NCBI GenBank assembly: GCA_965262915.1
Contig: OZ253564.1
Location: 1,056,001-1,120,000, forward strand
Source of the DNA: Candidatus Spongiisociaceae bacterium
Lineage (GTDB): Bacteria; Actinomycetota; Acidimicrobiia; Spongiisociales; Spongiisociaceae
DNA: 64,000 bases
Reading direction: 5' to 3'
Positions 50,130 to 60,309 of the stretch are shown here, in pieces. Both the position numbers and the translations under genes were made by a program. The notes under the pieces are model-generated. The model made no database searches and was not told where the DNA came from. It worked only from the letters and a program-made list of their open reading frames with translations. Each line of letters begins with the position of its first letter. Position 1 is the first letter of the stretch.

Positions 50130-50480
50130 TAGTCCCAGGTCAGCGACTTTCGGAGCTGTTTTGGGTAGCGTCGTGATCGACAACGCTATAGCGTCGCGTA
50201 CGGCTTGGGCACCATGGCCGGCGAGAGCGGGACCGTTTTTGACCCGGTGCTGTTCGCCGTGGCCTTGCATGGGTGGGAGGTGCAACAGCAACGTGAACCG
50301 GGTGGTCTGCTCAACAAGCGTTCCGATCGCGGAACTGTGACGTCCGAGGATCAAGTCACCTTCCCAGTGGCCTGGCACTCCCCGGTCGTCGGCCTCGGCC
50401 GGTCGTTCGCTGATCATGATCTCGGGGCTGACGAACTTGTTGGCCCGCCGCCGGGTCCGGGCCCTCGGGACTCCCAGCGC
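50130..50480 (-). mobile_element. IS30-family transposase fragment
   Basis: [24 protein letters not shown]...[12 protein letters not shown]. Confidence 0.88.
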
Positions 50481-51182
50481 TCGCCTCACCTCGGGTGTCA
50501 ACCTCGGGGCCCACGAGCGCCCCGAGCCGGGAGTTCGCAGCACCGACACGACCGATTGCGCGGCATGCACCTTGCCCCACTACAGCGCCGTAGATGCGGT
50601 AGGGGAGATGTGAGCAGGGGGAACTGGATCGAGGGGGCAACCTGGAAGGGGGACGGGGGAGGATTGGAGTGGGGGGAGGTGTAGAAAGGGTGGGGGCGGG
50701 GGTGGTGTTGGTAGTGCCGGAGTTCGGAAGGAAAGATGGTTCGAGGGGTGGGTGGTCGGAGGTTGGGTGAGGAGGTGTGGGGTGATCCGGGAGGTTGGGT
50801 ATGAATGATCGAAGCGCTCTGGCTGGAAGCCCTGGGGGTGTTTGAACTTATCGCGGTCCATGGGGAGCGTCCTTCACCAGGCCGGTCCTGTCGAGTTCGG
50901 GCACTCGGTCTCTGAGGGAGATGTTGCGGCCAGGTGCGAGCGGGCTGTGGGGTGGACCGTTCGGCTTGCGTTAAGGGGTGCCAGAGGATGTCTGGAGTTC
51001 CTCGGCCATCGGGGGGAACTCCAACACCACCCTCCCTCGCAGTTGGCTGACCCTGGTTTCGATCATTTCGCGAGAGAGCGTCGGTAGCCGATTACGCCTT
51101 GATGTGTGACGCCATCGAGATCAGGTCTGCATTGATTCCGACTCGTAGGGGGCCTCTGCGCTCGCAGAGGTAGAGTCATGGC

Positions 51183-52532
51183 ATGGCGATGCCACTTCCG
51201 CTTGCGGTGCCATGGCGCTTTCCGGAATTCTGGGCCGGTATTCGAGCCGAGGTGTGGTCGGCTCTCGGGCTGCCTCCCACTGTGTACGCGGACGAAGCGT
51301 TGTTCGCTGATGAGCAAAGCAGACTCTTCGGCCGCTCGTGGACCGGTGTGGCACTGGCTGCCGAACTATCCCTGCCGGGCCGGCTTCTCGTACGGTCGGT
51401 GGGCGGGAAGTCCGTGTTGTTGACCCGGTCCGGAGAGCAGTTGCGGGGATTCATGAACTCATGCCGTCACCGGGGGACGGAGCTGGCCGAAGCCGACTGC
51501 GATATAGCGGGCACCATTCGGTGTCCGTACCATCGCTGGAGCTACTCGACCGATGGTCGGTTGCTCGCGGCGCCGCTGTTCGCAGCGTCGCCGCCATCGG
51601 ATTTCGACCCCGCAGACTGGCGTCTTGTCCCCGTGCGCGTGGACACTTGGGGTCCCATCGTGTTCGTCTGCTTTGATGAGCAGACACCGCCGCTGGACGT
51701 ATGGCTCGGTGATCTGCCCGAGCGTTTAGCCGGCTACCGCTTGGACGAGTGGCAGCCCGCCCACCTTGACGGGGCGGCATGCACGTTCGATGTCGCGGCC
51801 AACTGGAAACTCATAGTTGAGAATTTCGCCGAGTACTACCACCTGCCGTGGGTGCATCCGAAGCTGGCCAAGGTGTCACGGGTCAAGGACCACTACCGCT
51901 ATCAGGGTCCGGGGATGTATTGCGGGCAGACCACGACGCCGGTTTCGGGGGATAAACACGACGACTGGCTGGTATTGCCCCCCGTGGGTGGTTTGGACGC
52001 CTCGGATGCTGCTAGCGGAAGGTTCATCGCTTTGTTCCCCAACGTTTTGCTTGCTGTGCTGCCGAACCATGTGTTCCTCATGCTGCTCGAGCCGCTGAGC
52101 GTCGGTCGGACCCTTGAGCACTGCACCTTCCTGTTTCCGCCGGGTACGGTGCCGGCGACCGATGACGAGCAGGGGCGGCAGCGGTTTGCCGAAGGGTTCG
52201 AGACCACTCAGCGCTTCTGGATCGAAGTGAACGATGAGGACATCGACATATGCGGACGAGTTCAGCGAGGTATCGCCCGGGCCGGCGCGCCGCCAGGTCC
52301 CATGGCTCCGCGTTTCGAAGAACCGTTGAACCGCCTCCACAAGATGACGGCCGATCTCATGACGCTCGAGTCGGTTGCCGACCTCGCGGTTCCGGCAGGA
52401 GACCGGCCGGGCGACGTTGACCTCTTCGGTACCAAGCCGAACCCCATGCCGCCGCTCATCGAGGCCAACGCCACACTACGGGGAGCGGAGGCCAACGGTC
52501 CTACCTCACCCGACAACAGAGTGCGCGGGTAG
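51183..52532 (+). CDS. Rieske non-heme iron oxygenase alpha subunit (choline-monooxygenase-like)
   Basis: NSCRHRG, CPYH, ANWKLIVENFAEYYHLPWVH, EDIDIC. Confidence 0.92.
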   Translation: MAMPLPLAVPWRFPEFWAGIRAEVWSALGLPPTVYADEALFADEQSRLFGRSWTGVALAAELSLPGRLLVRSVGGKSVLLTRSGEQLRGFMNSCRHRGTELAEADCDIAGTIRCPYHRWSYSTDGRLLAAPLFAASPPSDFDPADWRLVPVRVDTWGPIVFVCFDEQTPPLDVWLGDLPERLAGYRLDEWQPAHLDGAACTFDVAANWKLIVENFAEYYHLPWVHPKLAKVSRVKDHYRYQGPGMYCGQTTTPVSGDKHDDWLVLPPVGGLDASDAASGRFIALFPNVLLAVLPNHVFLMLLEPLSVGRTLEHCTFLFPPGTVPATDDEQGRQRFAEGFETTQRFWIEVNDEDIDICGRVQRGIARAGAPPGPMAPRFEEPLNRLHKMTADLMTLESVADLAVPAGDRPGDVDLFGTKPNPMPPLIEANATLRGAEANGPTSPDNRVRG

Positions 52533-52702
52533 GCAGACCTCCGACCGCCCCCACCAATAGACCCAACCCGCTTCCGGCCAAAATCCCTGGTCCTCGAAGT
52601 AGACGCATCAGCCACCGGAGTCGGTGTTCCCCCAGGTGAGCACCTACCCGCGCACCCTGCCAACCCCATCACCAAGAAGCGACCAACCACCACGGTGACC
52701 GA

Positions 52703-52740
52703 GTACCCGGGATGGGATTCGAACCCACACCACTCAGGGG
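52703..52740 (-). other. tRNA 3'-end fragment (probably Leu), att-like remnant
   Basis: Minus strand GTGGG-TTCGAAT-CCCAT T-arm, then CCCGGGT acceptor strand and A discriminator; no 5' half found. Confidence 0.65.
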
Positions 52741-52767
52741 AGGAGTTGGCCACTGTAAAACTCTAAG

Positions 52768-54583
52768 CCTGAATCCACCGGTAGATATTCTGTGGTTGGG
52801 GGTGGATAGACGCGGAAAGTGCCTCTGATCTGGGACAATAGCCATACGAAACATGGTGATTGGCTCGGAGTCTGGAGGCACTTCCTGTGAGTGGAGTATT
52901 GCAGAATATCGACCGGTATGAGGCGGTTTTCGATGATGAGGGGCTGGTGGCCGACGCTGGGTTGTTGGCGGCCGGGACGTTGATGGACCGTTTGGGTTTG
53001 GAAGGTTTGGTGGATCGGACGGTGCGGTTGGGCGGCCGGGTGGGTGGCGCGCATCCGGGTCGTAAGGTATGCACGTTGGTAGCTGCGATGCTGGTGGGCG
53101 CCTCCCATATTGACCATGTGGATCGGCTCCGGGCCGGTTCCACCGACCGGGTGCTGCCCCATGCGGTGATGGCCCCGTCCACTGTGGGAACCTTCCTGCG
53201 TTCGTTCACCTGGGGTCATGTACGCCAGTTGGAGAAGGTGGTGACCGTAGCGCTGGGCCGTGCGTGGGGGGCGGGCGCCGGTCCCGGCAAGGGAGCGGTG
53301 ACCCTCGATGTGGACTCGACGATCTGTGAGGTGTCTGCCAAGACCAAACAAGGGGCCGCCTATGGCTACACCAAGGAGTTGGGTTATCACCCTCTGTTGG
53401 CGTTCCGAGCCGATACGGGGGAGGTGGTCGGTGCCCGTCTGCGGGAAGGAGCATCGCAGAGGGGTGTGGTCCATTTCGTTGGGGAGACAGTGCGGCGTGT
53501 GCGACGGGCCGGGGCCAGGGGCCTGGTGAGCGTGCGGGCCGATTCGGGGTTCTGGTCCTATACCCTCTTGGCCGCCCTCGACCGCCTCGGGGTGGGCTGG
53601 TCGATCACCTGCCCGCTGAATGCCAAGATTAGGACACTGATCAGCAATATCGACGAAGACGCGTGGACCCCCATTGCCTATCCCGAAGGCGGGCTGGCAC
53701 AAGTGGGGGAAACAGTCCTGGAGATGGCCAACCCCAAGAAACGGTCGCAGAAACGCCGGGTTCGCCTGGTAGTGCGCCGCACCCGCCTGCTCGGTTCCCA
53801 AGCCGAGCTGTGGCCCGACTGGCGATACCACGCGTTCGTCACCAACCTGGACCTGCCCGCGGCAGAAGCCGACCGGCGCCACCAACCCGGGGCCGGACAA
53901 GACGACACCGGCCACCAACCCCGCCGCGGAGAACAAGACACCGAAGTGGCCGAACTGCCGGTGGTAGAGATCGGTGACAACCCTGGGGAAGCGCACAGCC
54001 CGCTGCCCGCGGTCGAAATCGACCGGTACCACCGCCGCCACGCCACATGCGAACTCGCCATCCGCGACCTCAAAGACTCCGGGGGTCTCGCCCACCTACC
54101 CTCCGGCGTCTTCGCAGCTAACGCCGCCTGGCTGATCTGCGCCGCCCTAGCCCATAACCTCTACCGGCAGATAGCCCTCCTCGGGGGTACGCAGCCGCCC
54201 GGGCGGCTGGTCTGTGGACGTACCATCCGTACCCGACTGTTCGGACTCCCTGGACGCCTCGTCAACCACGGCGGACGCCGCCTCCTGCGTCTACCCGCCC
54301 GATGGCCCTGGGCCGGCGCCTACCTAACCACCCTCACTAACCTCCGGGCGCTGCCACAGCTCTGCTGACCCGGCCCGACGGACCCGCCGCAACCATAACC
54401 AACCACCCAAACCCCGACCACACACGCCCGAAACCATCCCAACCAGCCTCCAACACTACCTAACCCACCAAACCACACCCACCACACCCCCGAAACCCCC
54501 CGAATCCAACCAGCCCCAACCCCTCAACCCCCCACCAACCGCACCCCGGACCACCCCCCGGGGAGGCCGTCGGTGGATTCAGG
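52768..54583 (+). mobile_element. Complete IS1380-family element
   Basis: 13-bp perfect IRs CCTGAATCCACCG/CGGTGGATTCAGG; 5-bp target duplication CTAAG (52763-52767, 54584-54588). Confidence 0.93.
52860..54368 (+). CDS. IS1380-family DDE transposase
   Basis: TLDVDST, GYHPLL, VRADSGF, CELAIRDLK, FAANAAWL. Confidence 0.93.
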   Translation: MARSLEALPVSGVLQNIDRYEAVFDDEGLVADAGLLAAGTLMDRLGLEGLVDRTVRLGGRVGGAHPGRKVCTLVAAMLVGASHIDHVDRLRAGSTDRVLPHAVMAPSTVGTFLRSFTWGHVRQLEKVVTVALGRAWGAGAGPGKGAVTLDVDSTICEVSAKTKQGAAYGYTKELGYHPLLAFRADTGEVVGARLREGASQRGVVHFVGETVRRVRRAGARGLVSVRADSGFWSYTLLAALDRLGVGWSITCPLNAKIRTLISNIDEDAWTPIAYPEGGLAQVGETVLEMANPKKRSQKRRVRLVVRRTRLLGSQAELWPDWRYHAFVTNLDLPAAEADRRHQPGAGQDDTGHQPRRGEQDTEVAELPVVEIGDNPGEAHSPLPAVEIDRYHRRHATCELAIRDLKDSGGLAHLPSGVFAANAAWLICAALAHNLYRQIALLGGTQPPGRLVCGRTIRTRLFGLPGRLVNHGGRRLLRLPARWPWAGAYLTTLTNLRALPQLC

Positions 54584-54934
54584 CTAAGCGGGCAGGTGGG
54601 CGGCTGCCGTTACGTCCCCTTTACCTTGTTGGGTAGCTCTGATGTGTGAGTATCGGGGCTGGTTGCTCGCCGCGGCGGGCAGGGCTCTGTCCCCCTGTCA
54701 CAGAGATGGCCTGGGCGGGATGTCATCCGCCGTGGTTGGGTGCCTGCGATCTCTGACAGGGACATGCACCGAAGTGGGGCTGGTACAAGCCATCCACGCC
54801 TACGCGATCCACGGACATCCCCTTGCTTGGCTACACGGCATTGCACGGTGAGTCTTCGCTCGGACAACAGAGTCTGGCAGCGGTCGAGTACCTCGAATCC
54901 AGGACGCTTAGGCCGGAAAGAAGTGCACGGACTC

Positions 54935-56965
54935 TCAGGCAGCAGGTGTCGATTCGGGCATGAGGTCGAGAGCCCGGACCAGGAAGGTAGCCATCTGCGC
55001 TCTGGTAACCGCCTTGTCCGGGCAGTAACGCAGCGGATCGGTCTCGCAACCCGTAGTCACACCAACCGCAGCCAGGGCATCAATGTTGGCTTCATGGGTA
55101 TCGCCCCCGGTATCGGCGAAGCCAGCCGGCGGAGCAGCGTCCAGATCGAATGCCCGGACCAGGAAGGTGGCCATCTGCGCTCTGGTAACCGCCTCGTGCG
55201 GGCAGTAACGCAGCGGATCGGTCTTGCAACCCTCGGTCACGCCAAGATCGGCGAGACGCTCCACGTAGCTCGCCCACCAAGCGTCAGGATCCACGTCGGC
55301 GAACCGCGTCCGGGCATCGGAAGACTCGGGAGCTTGATCCAGTGCCCTGGTGATCCACACTGCCATGACCCAACGTAGGAGAGGTTCATCAGGGCAGATG
55401 CGCCGCTCGCCACACTCGGTACCTTCCAGAACACCCGCCGCCGCGAGCCGGTTGATCGACGGTTCGTGAACACCGCCGTCGTCGTCGAAGCTGTCCGGAT
55501 CGGCGGGTTCTTCAGGTTTCTCCCCGTCGTTGCCGTTGCCCGGGATGGGGTTCTCCGAGTCATCGCCCGGCGGGGGGGCCACGCCATCGATCGCGGTGAT
55601 GTTGGAGGACCTGAGACCCAGGCCGGTCCGTAACCCGACGCCGGCGACCGTGACCGACGCGGGCTCGCCATCGCGGACACCGCGGAACATGACCTCCGCA
55701 GGTGAGGACACGGACTCTCTCGTTACGAGGATCGCCTCGGTGACCTCCTCCCAGCCCAGCCAACGTGCGATGGCCGAGGCGCTCACCCGTTCCTCCCAGG
55801 AGACGTACGGGTTGCCCACCGCCGGGTCGAGGTCCCAAGGATCCGCGACCGGAGCCAGGTAGGGCCACATGCGTGACGTCGGCGCCTTGCCGTTCCGCCC
55901 CGTGTAGAACCCGTAGATGTTGCTGCGGGTGAAGCCACCGGACGAGGCGGAGAAGAACGCCTGCACGATCCCCGCCTTCGTGAACTTCTCCCACTCGTCG
56001 CCGAAGTAGGTGAGGACCCGATCCCTGGTAGTTTCCACTCCCTCGAGCCAGGGCTGGCTACGCGATCGGGACTCCTTGGCCCAGCCGATGTAGTTGATGT
56101 CCCTCCAGCTGTCGTAGAGATGGCACCAGCACCCGTCCTTGCGGGCGGCGCTTATACCCGGATCGTCGTCGGGATCAGCAGGGCGCGGCCCGGTTTCCGA
56201 CTGGAAGAAATTGAAGGCCGCGTACGTGCGGGCCGCAACGGCCTGGGCCTCGTTGACTCCCGGCGCTTCCCAGTCGTCCGGAATTTCGGCGATACCTTTG
56301 ACGTAGTCCTCGAGCCCCACCGCCAGGACCACATGGAACCCCACCTCGGACGGGTCGTCCCGTATCTTCAGCTCCCCGTGACGGTATTCGCACTCCTCGC
56401 TTGCCCGAACTGAGCAGATCTTGTTCCTTTCCTCACCGTGACGGAGCCGGACGCCCTGCGCCTCGGGCCAGGAAATAGCCGCCCGGCAGACACCCGCTGT
56501 TCCCTGGAGCTCTCCTTCGTGGAAGAAGCCGCACTCGTTGCGGGCGATCCGCCGGAGCTGCCACCTCTCGCCTTCCTGAGGCTGCTCCGGCTTCGGGCAG
56601 GCCCCTTCCCCGTCGTTGGAGAGGCACAGATCGAGCGGGCCCCCGACGGCTACGAACTCCAGCAGGGTGACCTGCCTTCCCAGATTGACCCAGATCGGGT
56701 TGTCCAGCGTCTGGAGCAGACCGTTGGGGAGGGACAGATCGCCCAGGGACGCCGGTTCCGAACCCGGGAAGTAGTAGGCCGCTATATCCTCACCCGGCTT
56801 GGCCGGATCGGCGAGCGCCTGCCCATAGGCCCCCCACTGGCCCATACCGACACGGTGGCCCGCTCCCGCGCCCTCGAAATCAAATCCGGGCGTATCGTGC
56901 GCGTCGGCGGCAACAGCCGGGATCAGGCCCACCAGGACCGCCACGAGCATCAATCTCCGGAGCAC
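54935..56965 (-). CDS. SpoIID/LytB-domain protein with C-terminal S-layer homology repeats
   Basis: GAGHRVGMGQWGA, YVKGIAE, AQAVAARTY, FFSASSGG, GLRSS; repeated RYCP..VTRAQMATFLVRA. Confidence 0.88.
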   Translation of the reverse strand: MLRRLMLVAVLVGLIPAVAADAHDTPGFDFEGAGAGHRVGMGQWGAYGQALADPAKPGEDIAAYYFPGSEPASLGDLSLPNGLLQTLDNPIWVNLGRQVTLLEFVAVGGPLDLCLSNDGEGACPKPEQPQEGERWQLRRIARNECGFFHEGELQGTAGVCRAAISWPEAQGVRLRHGEERNKICSVRASEECEYRHGELKIRDDPSEVGFHVVLAVGLEDYVKGIAEIPDDWEAPGVNEAQAVAARTYAAFNFFQSETGPRPADPDDDPGISAARKDGCWCHLYDSWRDINYIGWAKESRSRSQPWLEGVETTRDRVLTYFGDEWEKFTKAGIVQAFFSASSGGFTRSNIYGFYTGRNGKAPTSRMWPYLAPVADPWDLDPAVGNPYVSWEERVSASAIARWLGWEEVTEAILVTRESVSSPAEVMFRGVRDGEPASVTVAGVGLRTGLGLRSSNITAIDGVAPPPGDDSENPIPGNGNDGEKPEEPADPDSFDDDGGVHEPSINRLAAAGVLEGTECGERRICPDEPLLRWVMAVWITRALDQAPESSDARTRFADVDPDAWWASYVERLADLGVTEGCKTDPLRYCPHEAVTRAQMATFLVRAFDLDAAPPAGFADTGGDTHEANIDALAAVGVTTGCETDPLRYCPDKAVTRAQMATFLVRALDLMPESTPAA

Positions 56966-57153
56966 CCGAGAAGTGTAGGGGCGATCCGGCAGCGAACTGA
57001 ACACGATGGCCGTGGTCGACGAACCCGAACTTCCGACACCCCGACCACCCAACATGCCATTCCGGCGGGAAGCCTCTGATGGTCACCCGGTTGAATGGAG
57101 TCGCTCGATGGTAACGAATGGGATGTACCCGGGGAGGGGGGCGTGTCGGTCGG

Positions 57154-57647
57154 CTACCGGACCTGTGGGAGACCGCTTGTATCAGACCCGAGGGACGATG
57201 CGCGGTTGCGGCGGAGGGCTTCCATGTCGGCCAGGTCTTGGAAACGGCCGGCAGCCAGCTTGTTGCGTTCCAGGTCTTCTAAGCCGATGAAGGGAACCGC
57301 CAGCGAGTCCAGCAGGACCTCGGTTCGCCGCCCCCAGCATTCGTCGAAGTCGACTCCGGCGATGCTGGTCAATATGCCGATCCGGTTGGGCGGATATCCC
57401 AGTTGGACCATTTGGCCCTCGACGGCGAAATCCTCCGCCGACAGTCCGAGTGATTCGAATCCGGACTCGTCCAACACTGCGGCCAGTCTCTTGGCGTTCT
57501 GAGGTTGACCCAAACCCAGATGTCCAGATCTTTGGTAAGGCGGGGATGACCGTGGGCGGCCACCGCGTGTCCACCGACTACCAAGAAGCGCACCCCGTGT
57601 TCAACACACAACAAGACGAAGTCGTGCAATTCCTTTCCCAGCCGCAT
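57154..57647 (-). pseudogene. Nucleotidyltransferase (DUF6036-like), frameshifted near 57505
   Basis: LVVGGHAVAAHGHPRLTKDLDIWV in one frame, QLGYPPNRI...NKLAAGRFQDLADM in another. Confidence 0.8.
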
Positions 57648-57675
57648 CCGCCCCCCGTGGTCGCTGTTCGGAGTC

Positions 57676-58173
57676 GTGCGCTGGTTCACCCAAGGCCTCA
57701 CCCTGGTACGCCGGGAGATACAACGTCACGAACCCCAGCGGCGGCTCCCAACGTTCGAGCCGGAGGTGTTCCGAGCCCGATTTACCCCCCTTATGGGGGT
57801 CGACCATCTCAGCGAAGCCCACCAGGCGCACCTCGACCGGCTGTTCGACACCCATCCCCGTCTCCGAACCGCGTGGGACGCTCTCCAAGAACTCGACCAG
57901 GCCGACGACTGGGACCAGGCCAACCAGGCGCTGGGACGGTTCGCCGATCTCTACGCCACCGGCCAGATCCCCGCATACCACCAAGTTGTGGACACCATCA
58001 TCGCATGGCGAGAAGAGATCTTGGCCTACCACACCAACAACCTCCACCCTGGTCCTACGCCGCGTCGCTCACGGGTTCACCAACCCCGACAACTACGCCG
58101 CCCGAGCAATCCTCGTCACATGACCCCCACACCGACAGCGGCAACACCCGATCCCACGAAATCGCACAGGGCC
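57676..58173 (+). mobile_element. ISL3-family remnant (3' transposase part and right end)
   Basis: HPRLRTAWDALQEL...TIIAWREEILAYH, HGFTNPDNYAAR in a shifted frame, end CCCACGAAATCGCACAGGGCC. Confidence 0.75.
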
Positions 58174-58308
58174 AACAAGAAGGAAAGTCCTATGTTCGGA
58201 AACACGAAGGATGGTCGCAACCTCTCCGATCGACAAAGCAGAGTGAGTCGGACCGCGGCACTGGCCTTCGGTCGATTGTTGGTCAGGAGACATGACCATA
58301 ATTGCGGC

Positions 58309-58584
58309 ATGACGTCCCCGAGCATCAGCCCGGCGGAACGCGTGGTGCCCGCCGGGGAGTTCAAGACGAATTGCCTGCGCCTGATGGACGAGGTGCAGGA
58401 GACCGGAACGGTGATCGTCGTTACCAAGCACCGCCGTCCGGTCGTGAGGGTGAGCCCGTTCCGCGAGGAGCCACCCAGACTGGTCGGGTCGTGCGAGGGC
58501 CAGTTGCGGATCATCGGAGACATCGATAGCGAGCCGGCCATTCCCGCCGACGACTGGGACATGCTCGCCCACCCTCGGGCCTAG
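58309..58584 (+). CDS. Phd/YefM family antitoxin
   Basis: VPAGEFKTNCLRLMDEV...VVTKHRRPVVRV. Confidence 0.9.
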   Translation: MTSPSISPAERVVPAGEFKTNCLRLMDEVQETGTVIVVTKHRRPVVRVSPFREEPPRLVGSCEGQLRIIGDIDSEPAIPADDWDMLAHPRA

Positions 58585-58622
58585 CTGGCCAAGATCACGG
58601 TGCGTGACCGGGACCCCCGCCG

Positions 58623-59108
58623 GTGAGCCTTCTGATGGACACCAACGTCCTGTTGCGTCTCGTAGTCGACAGCAGTGACATCAGCGAAACCTTCAAGGAG
58701 GAGGTCGACTCCGGTCTCGCCGGTGGCGGCATTGCGGTTTCCACGCTCACGTTCGTGGAGACCACCCGCCTGCACCATCACGGACGCATCGACCTGGGAT
58801 GCGACCCGGCCGTCTGGCGCCGCGAGCGGCTGCGATCAGGTCTGCGGGAGATCCCCGTCATAGGCGATGTCGCCGTCGAGGCGGTGTTGCTCGGGAACAC
58901 CGGCTTCCATCGCGACCCTGCCGACCAGCTGATCGTCGCCACGGCCATGACGGCAGGGATGCGTCTTGCCACAACGGACGAAAAGATCATCGGCCGGAGT
59001 GTTTCGACGGACGGGTGTACCGCGTCATCGCCGACGCCCCCATGGGCCCGGGGACCGGCGGGCAAGTGGGCCCGAGCACGCCAAGTTGCTTGGCAGACAG
59101 ACCACTAG
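58623..59108 (+). CDS. vapC: VapC PIN-domain toxin (C-terminal tail diverges from the 41 kb copy)
   Basis: LMDTNVL, STLTFVE, HRDPADQLIVATA, LATTD. Confidence 0.85.
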   Translation: MSLLMDTNVLLRLVVDSSDISETFKEEVDSGLAGGGIAVSTLTFVETTRLHHHGRIDLGCDPAVWRRERLRSGLREIPVIGDVAVEAVLLGNTGFHRDPADQLIVATAMTAGMRLATTDEKIIGRSVSTDGCTASSPTPPWARGPAGKWARARQVAWQTDH

Positions 59109-59143
59109 CAGCACCCTGGGATGCGGGCCGCCGGATGGCTGGT

Positions 59144-59467
59144 TCAGAGTTCGATCAAGTCGGCTATGAGCTCTCGAATCTGTTGCAGCGCGACGGGTCC
59201 GATGTTCGTGCCCGTCGTGTCGACGACGCGGTCAACGCTGATGGTCGTTGGCAGGTGGGCCTGGGCGACGCCGAAGCCGATGATGTCAACCTCGCTCAAC
59301 CATCCTCGCCTCGTGGTCGTGCAGGGTACGACCACGATCGCGTGTTGCCGGAACTCGAGCACATCATCGGAAGTGACGACGATGGCCGGTCGCACGAACC
59401 CCGGCTCGCCCCGCGAGGGCGTCCCGAAATCGCAGCGGACTGCATCACCCGCTCGCAGCAGCGACAT
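59144..59467 (-). CDS. mazF: PemK/MazF family toxin
   Basis: DFGTPSRGEPGFVRPAIVV, VVPCTT. Confidence 0.88.
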   Translation of the reverse strand: MSLLRAGDAVRCDFGTPSRGEPGFVRPAIVVTSDDVLEFRQHAIVVVPCTTTRRGWLSEVDIIGFGVAQAHLPTTISVDRVVDTTGTNIGPVALQQIRELIADLIEL

Positions 59468-59666
59468 CGCTTGCAGACGCATCGAGCACCGCCTCGTCGT
59501 CAGCATCGAGTGGGGCGCTTGCGAGCTGAGCACCGATGATGCGACGACGCTCCCGTCGCACCAGCTTCGCGATCTGTGCGTCGAAGGTGAGCCCCTCACG
59601 AGCAGCGAGCTCGCGGAGAGCGTCCCGAGTCCGGACTGAGACCTTGATGGTAGTCGATTTGGGCAT
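59445..59666 (-). CDS. Ribbon-helix-helix antitoxin
   Basis: STTIKVSVRTRDALRELAAREGLT; overlaps the mazF start. Confidence 0.8.
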   Translation of the reverse strand: MPKSTTIKVSVRTRDALRELAAREGLTFDAQIAKLVRRERRRIIGAQLASAPLDADDEAVLDASASDVAAASG

Positions 59667-60309
59667 ACCTAGAAGTATACCATTCGCTGGCCCGTACAAG
59701 CCGATATGTTCGAGCCTCAGGCTTGAACAACACCGCGGCAGTGGCATCACCGCATCGGTCTCGCCGTCTGGTCGCACTAACGGTCAGGTATAGCTCGGAC
59801 ATGACGCACGGTGCAGCATCATCCAGCCCGAGCGAACCGGGGTCTCGGGGGGCAAACCGTGATCATCCTCGCGAACGGCAAGACGAACGGGGGTGCCCAA
59901 CGGACCGACGACCCGGGTGCGCTGTGAGTGCGAATGGACGGACTGCCCACAGCCACCGGTTGGCAGATGAAGCCGCAAGGCGGCGGCCCGGACGAGGTTG
60001 TGCGTGCCGCTGCCGCCGGACAGGCGTGAAGGGTGGATCGCCGATGCCGACGACTGGGGGTGGTTCTGCTACTCGGAGTTCGCGGACATGATCGGCCAGA
60101 GGTACGTGCGTGATGATGACGTGTGGAGCCTCGGCTCCGTGCCGGAGGTCCGTAGAGTCGGGCTGGAGTCCGTGATCGCTCCCGACTTCGAGGTGACCGA
60201 ACGCAACGGCACCGGGCTGAGGCTGTCGGAATGCGGGGCCGTAAGGTGGTGATGTTCACCTGGTCATCGTGGTGAGGGCGCCGGGCCAGCCTGGCGGACT
60301 GGCAGGCCT

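Noticed and set aside
50800-50861. Cytochrome P450-like ERF motif (HPQGFQPERFD)
   Set aside because: No heme-Cys motif or other P450 sequence around it
52560-52630. Retroelement RNase H-like peptide VLEVDASATGVG
   Set aside because: Isolated short match with no RT or other context; likely chance
52669-52767. Complete tRNA gene
   Set aside because: No D-arm, anticodon arm or 5' acceptor strand, even after removing IS1380
57676-58584. Transposase-antitoxin fusion protein (302 aa ORF)
   Set aside because: Chance read-through from a deleted ISL3 remnant across its IR into a Phd gene with its own ATG at 58309
59780-60252. Short ORFs at 59998-60252 (and 61280-62082)
   Set aside because: No recognisable motifs or clear starts; probably further fragments that cannot be assigned by eye
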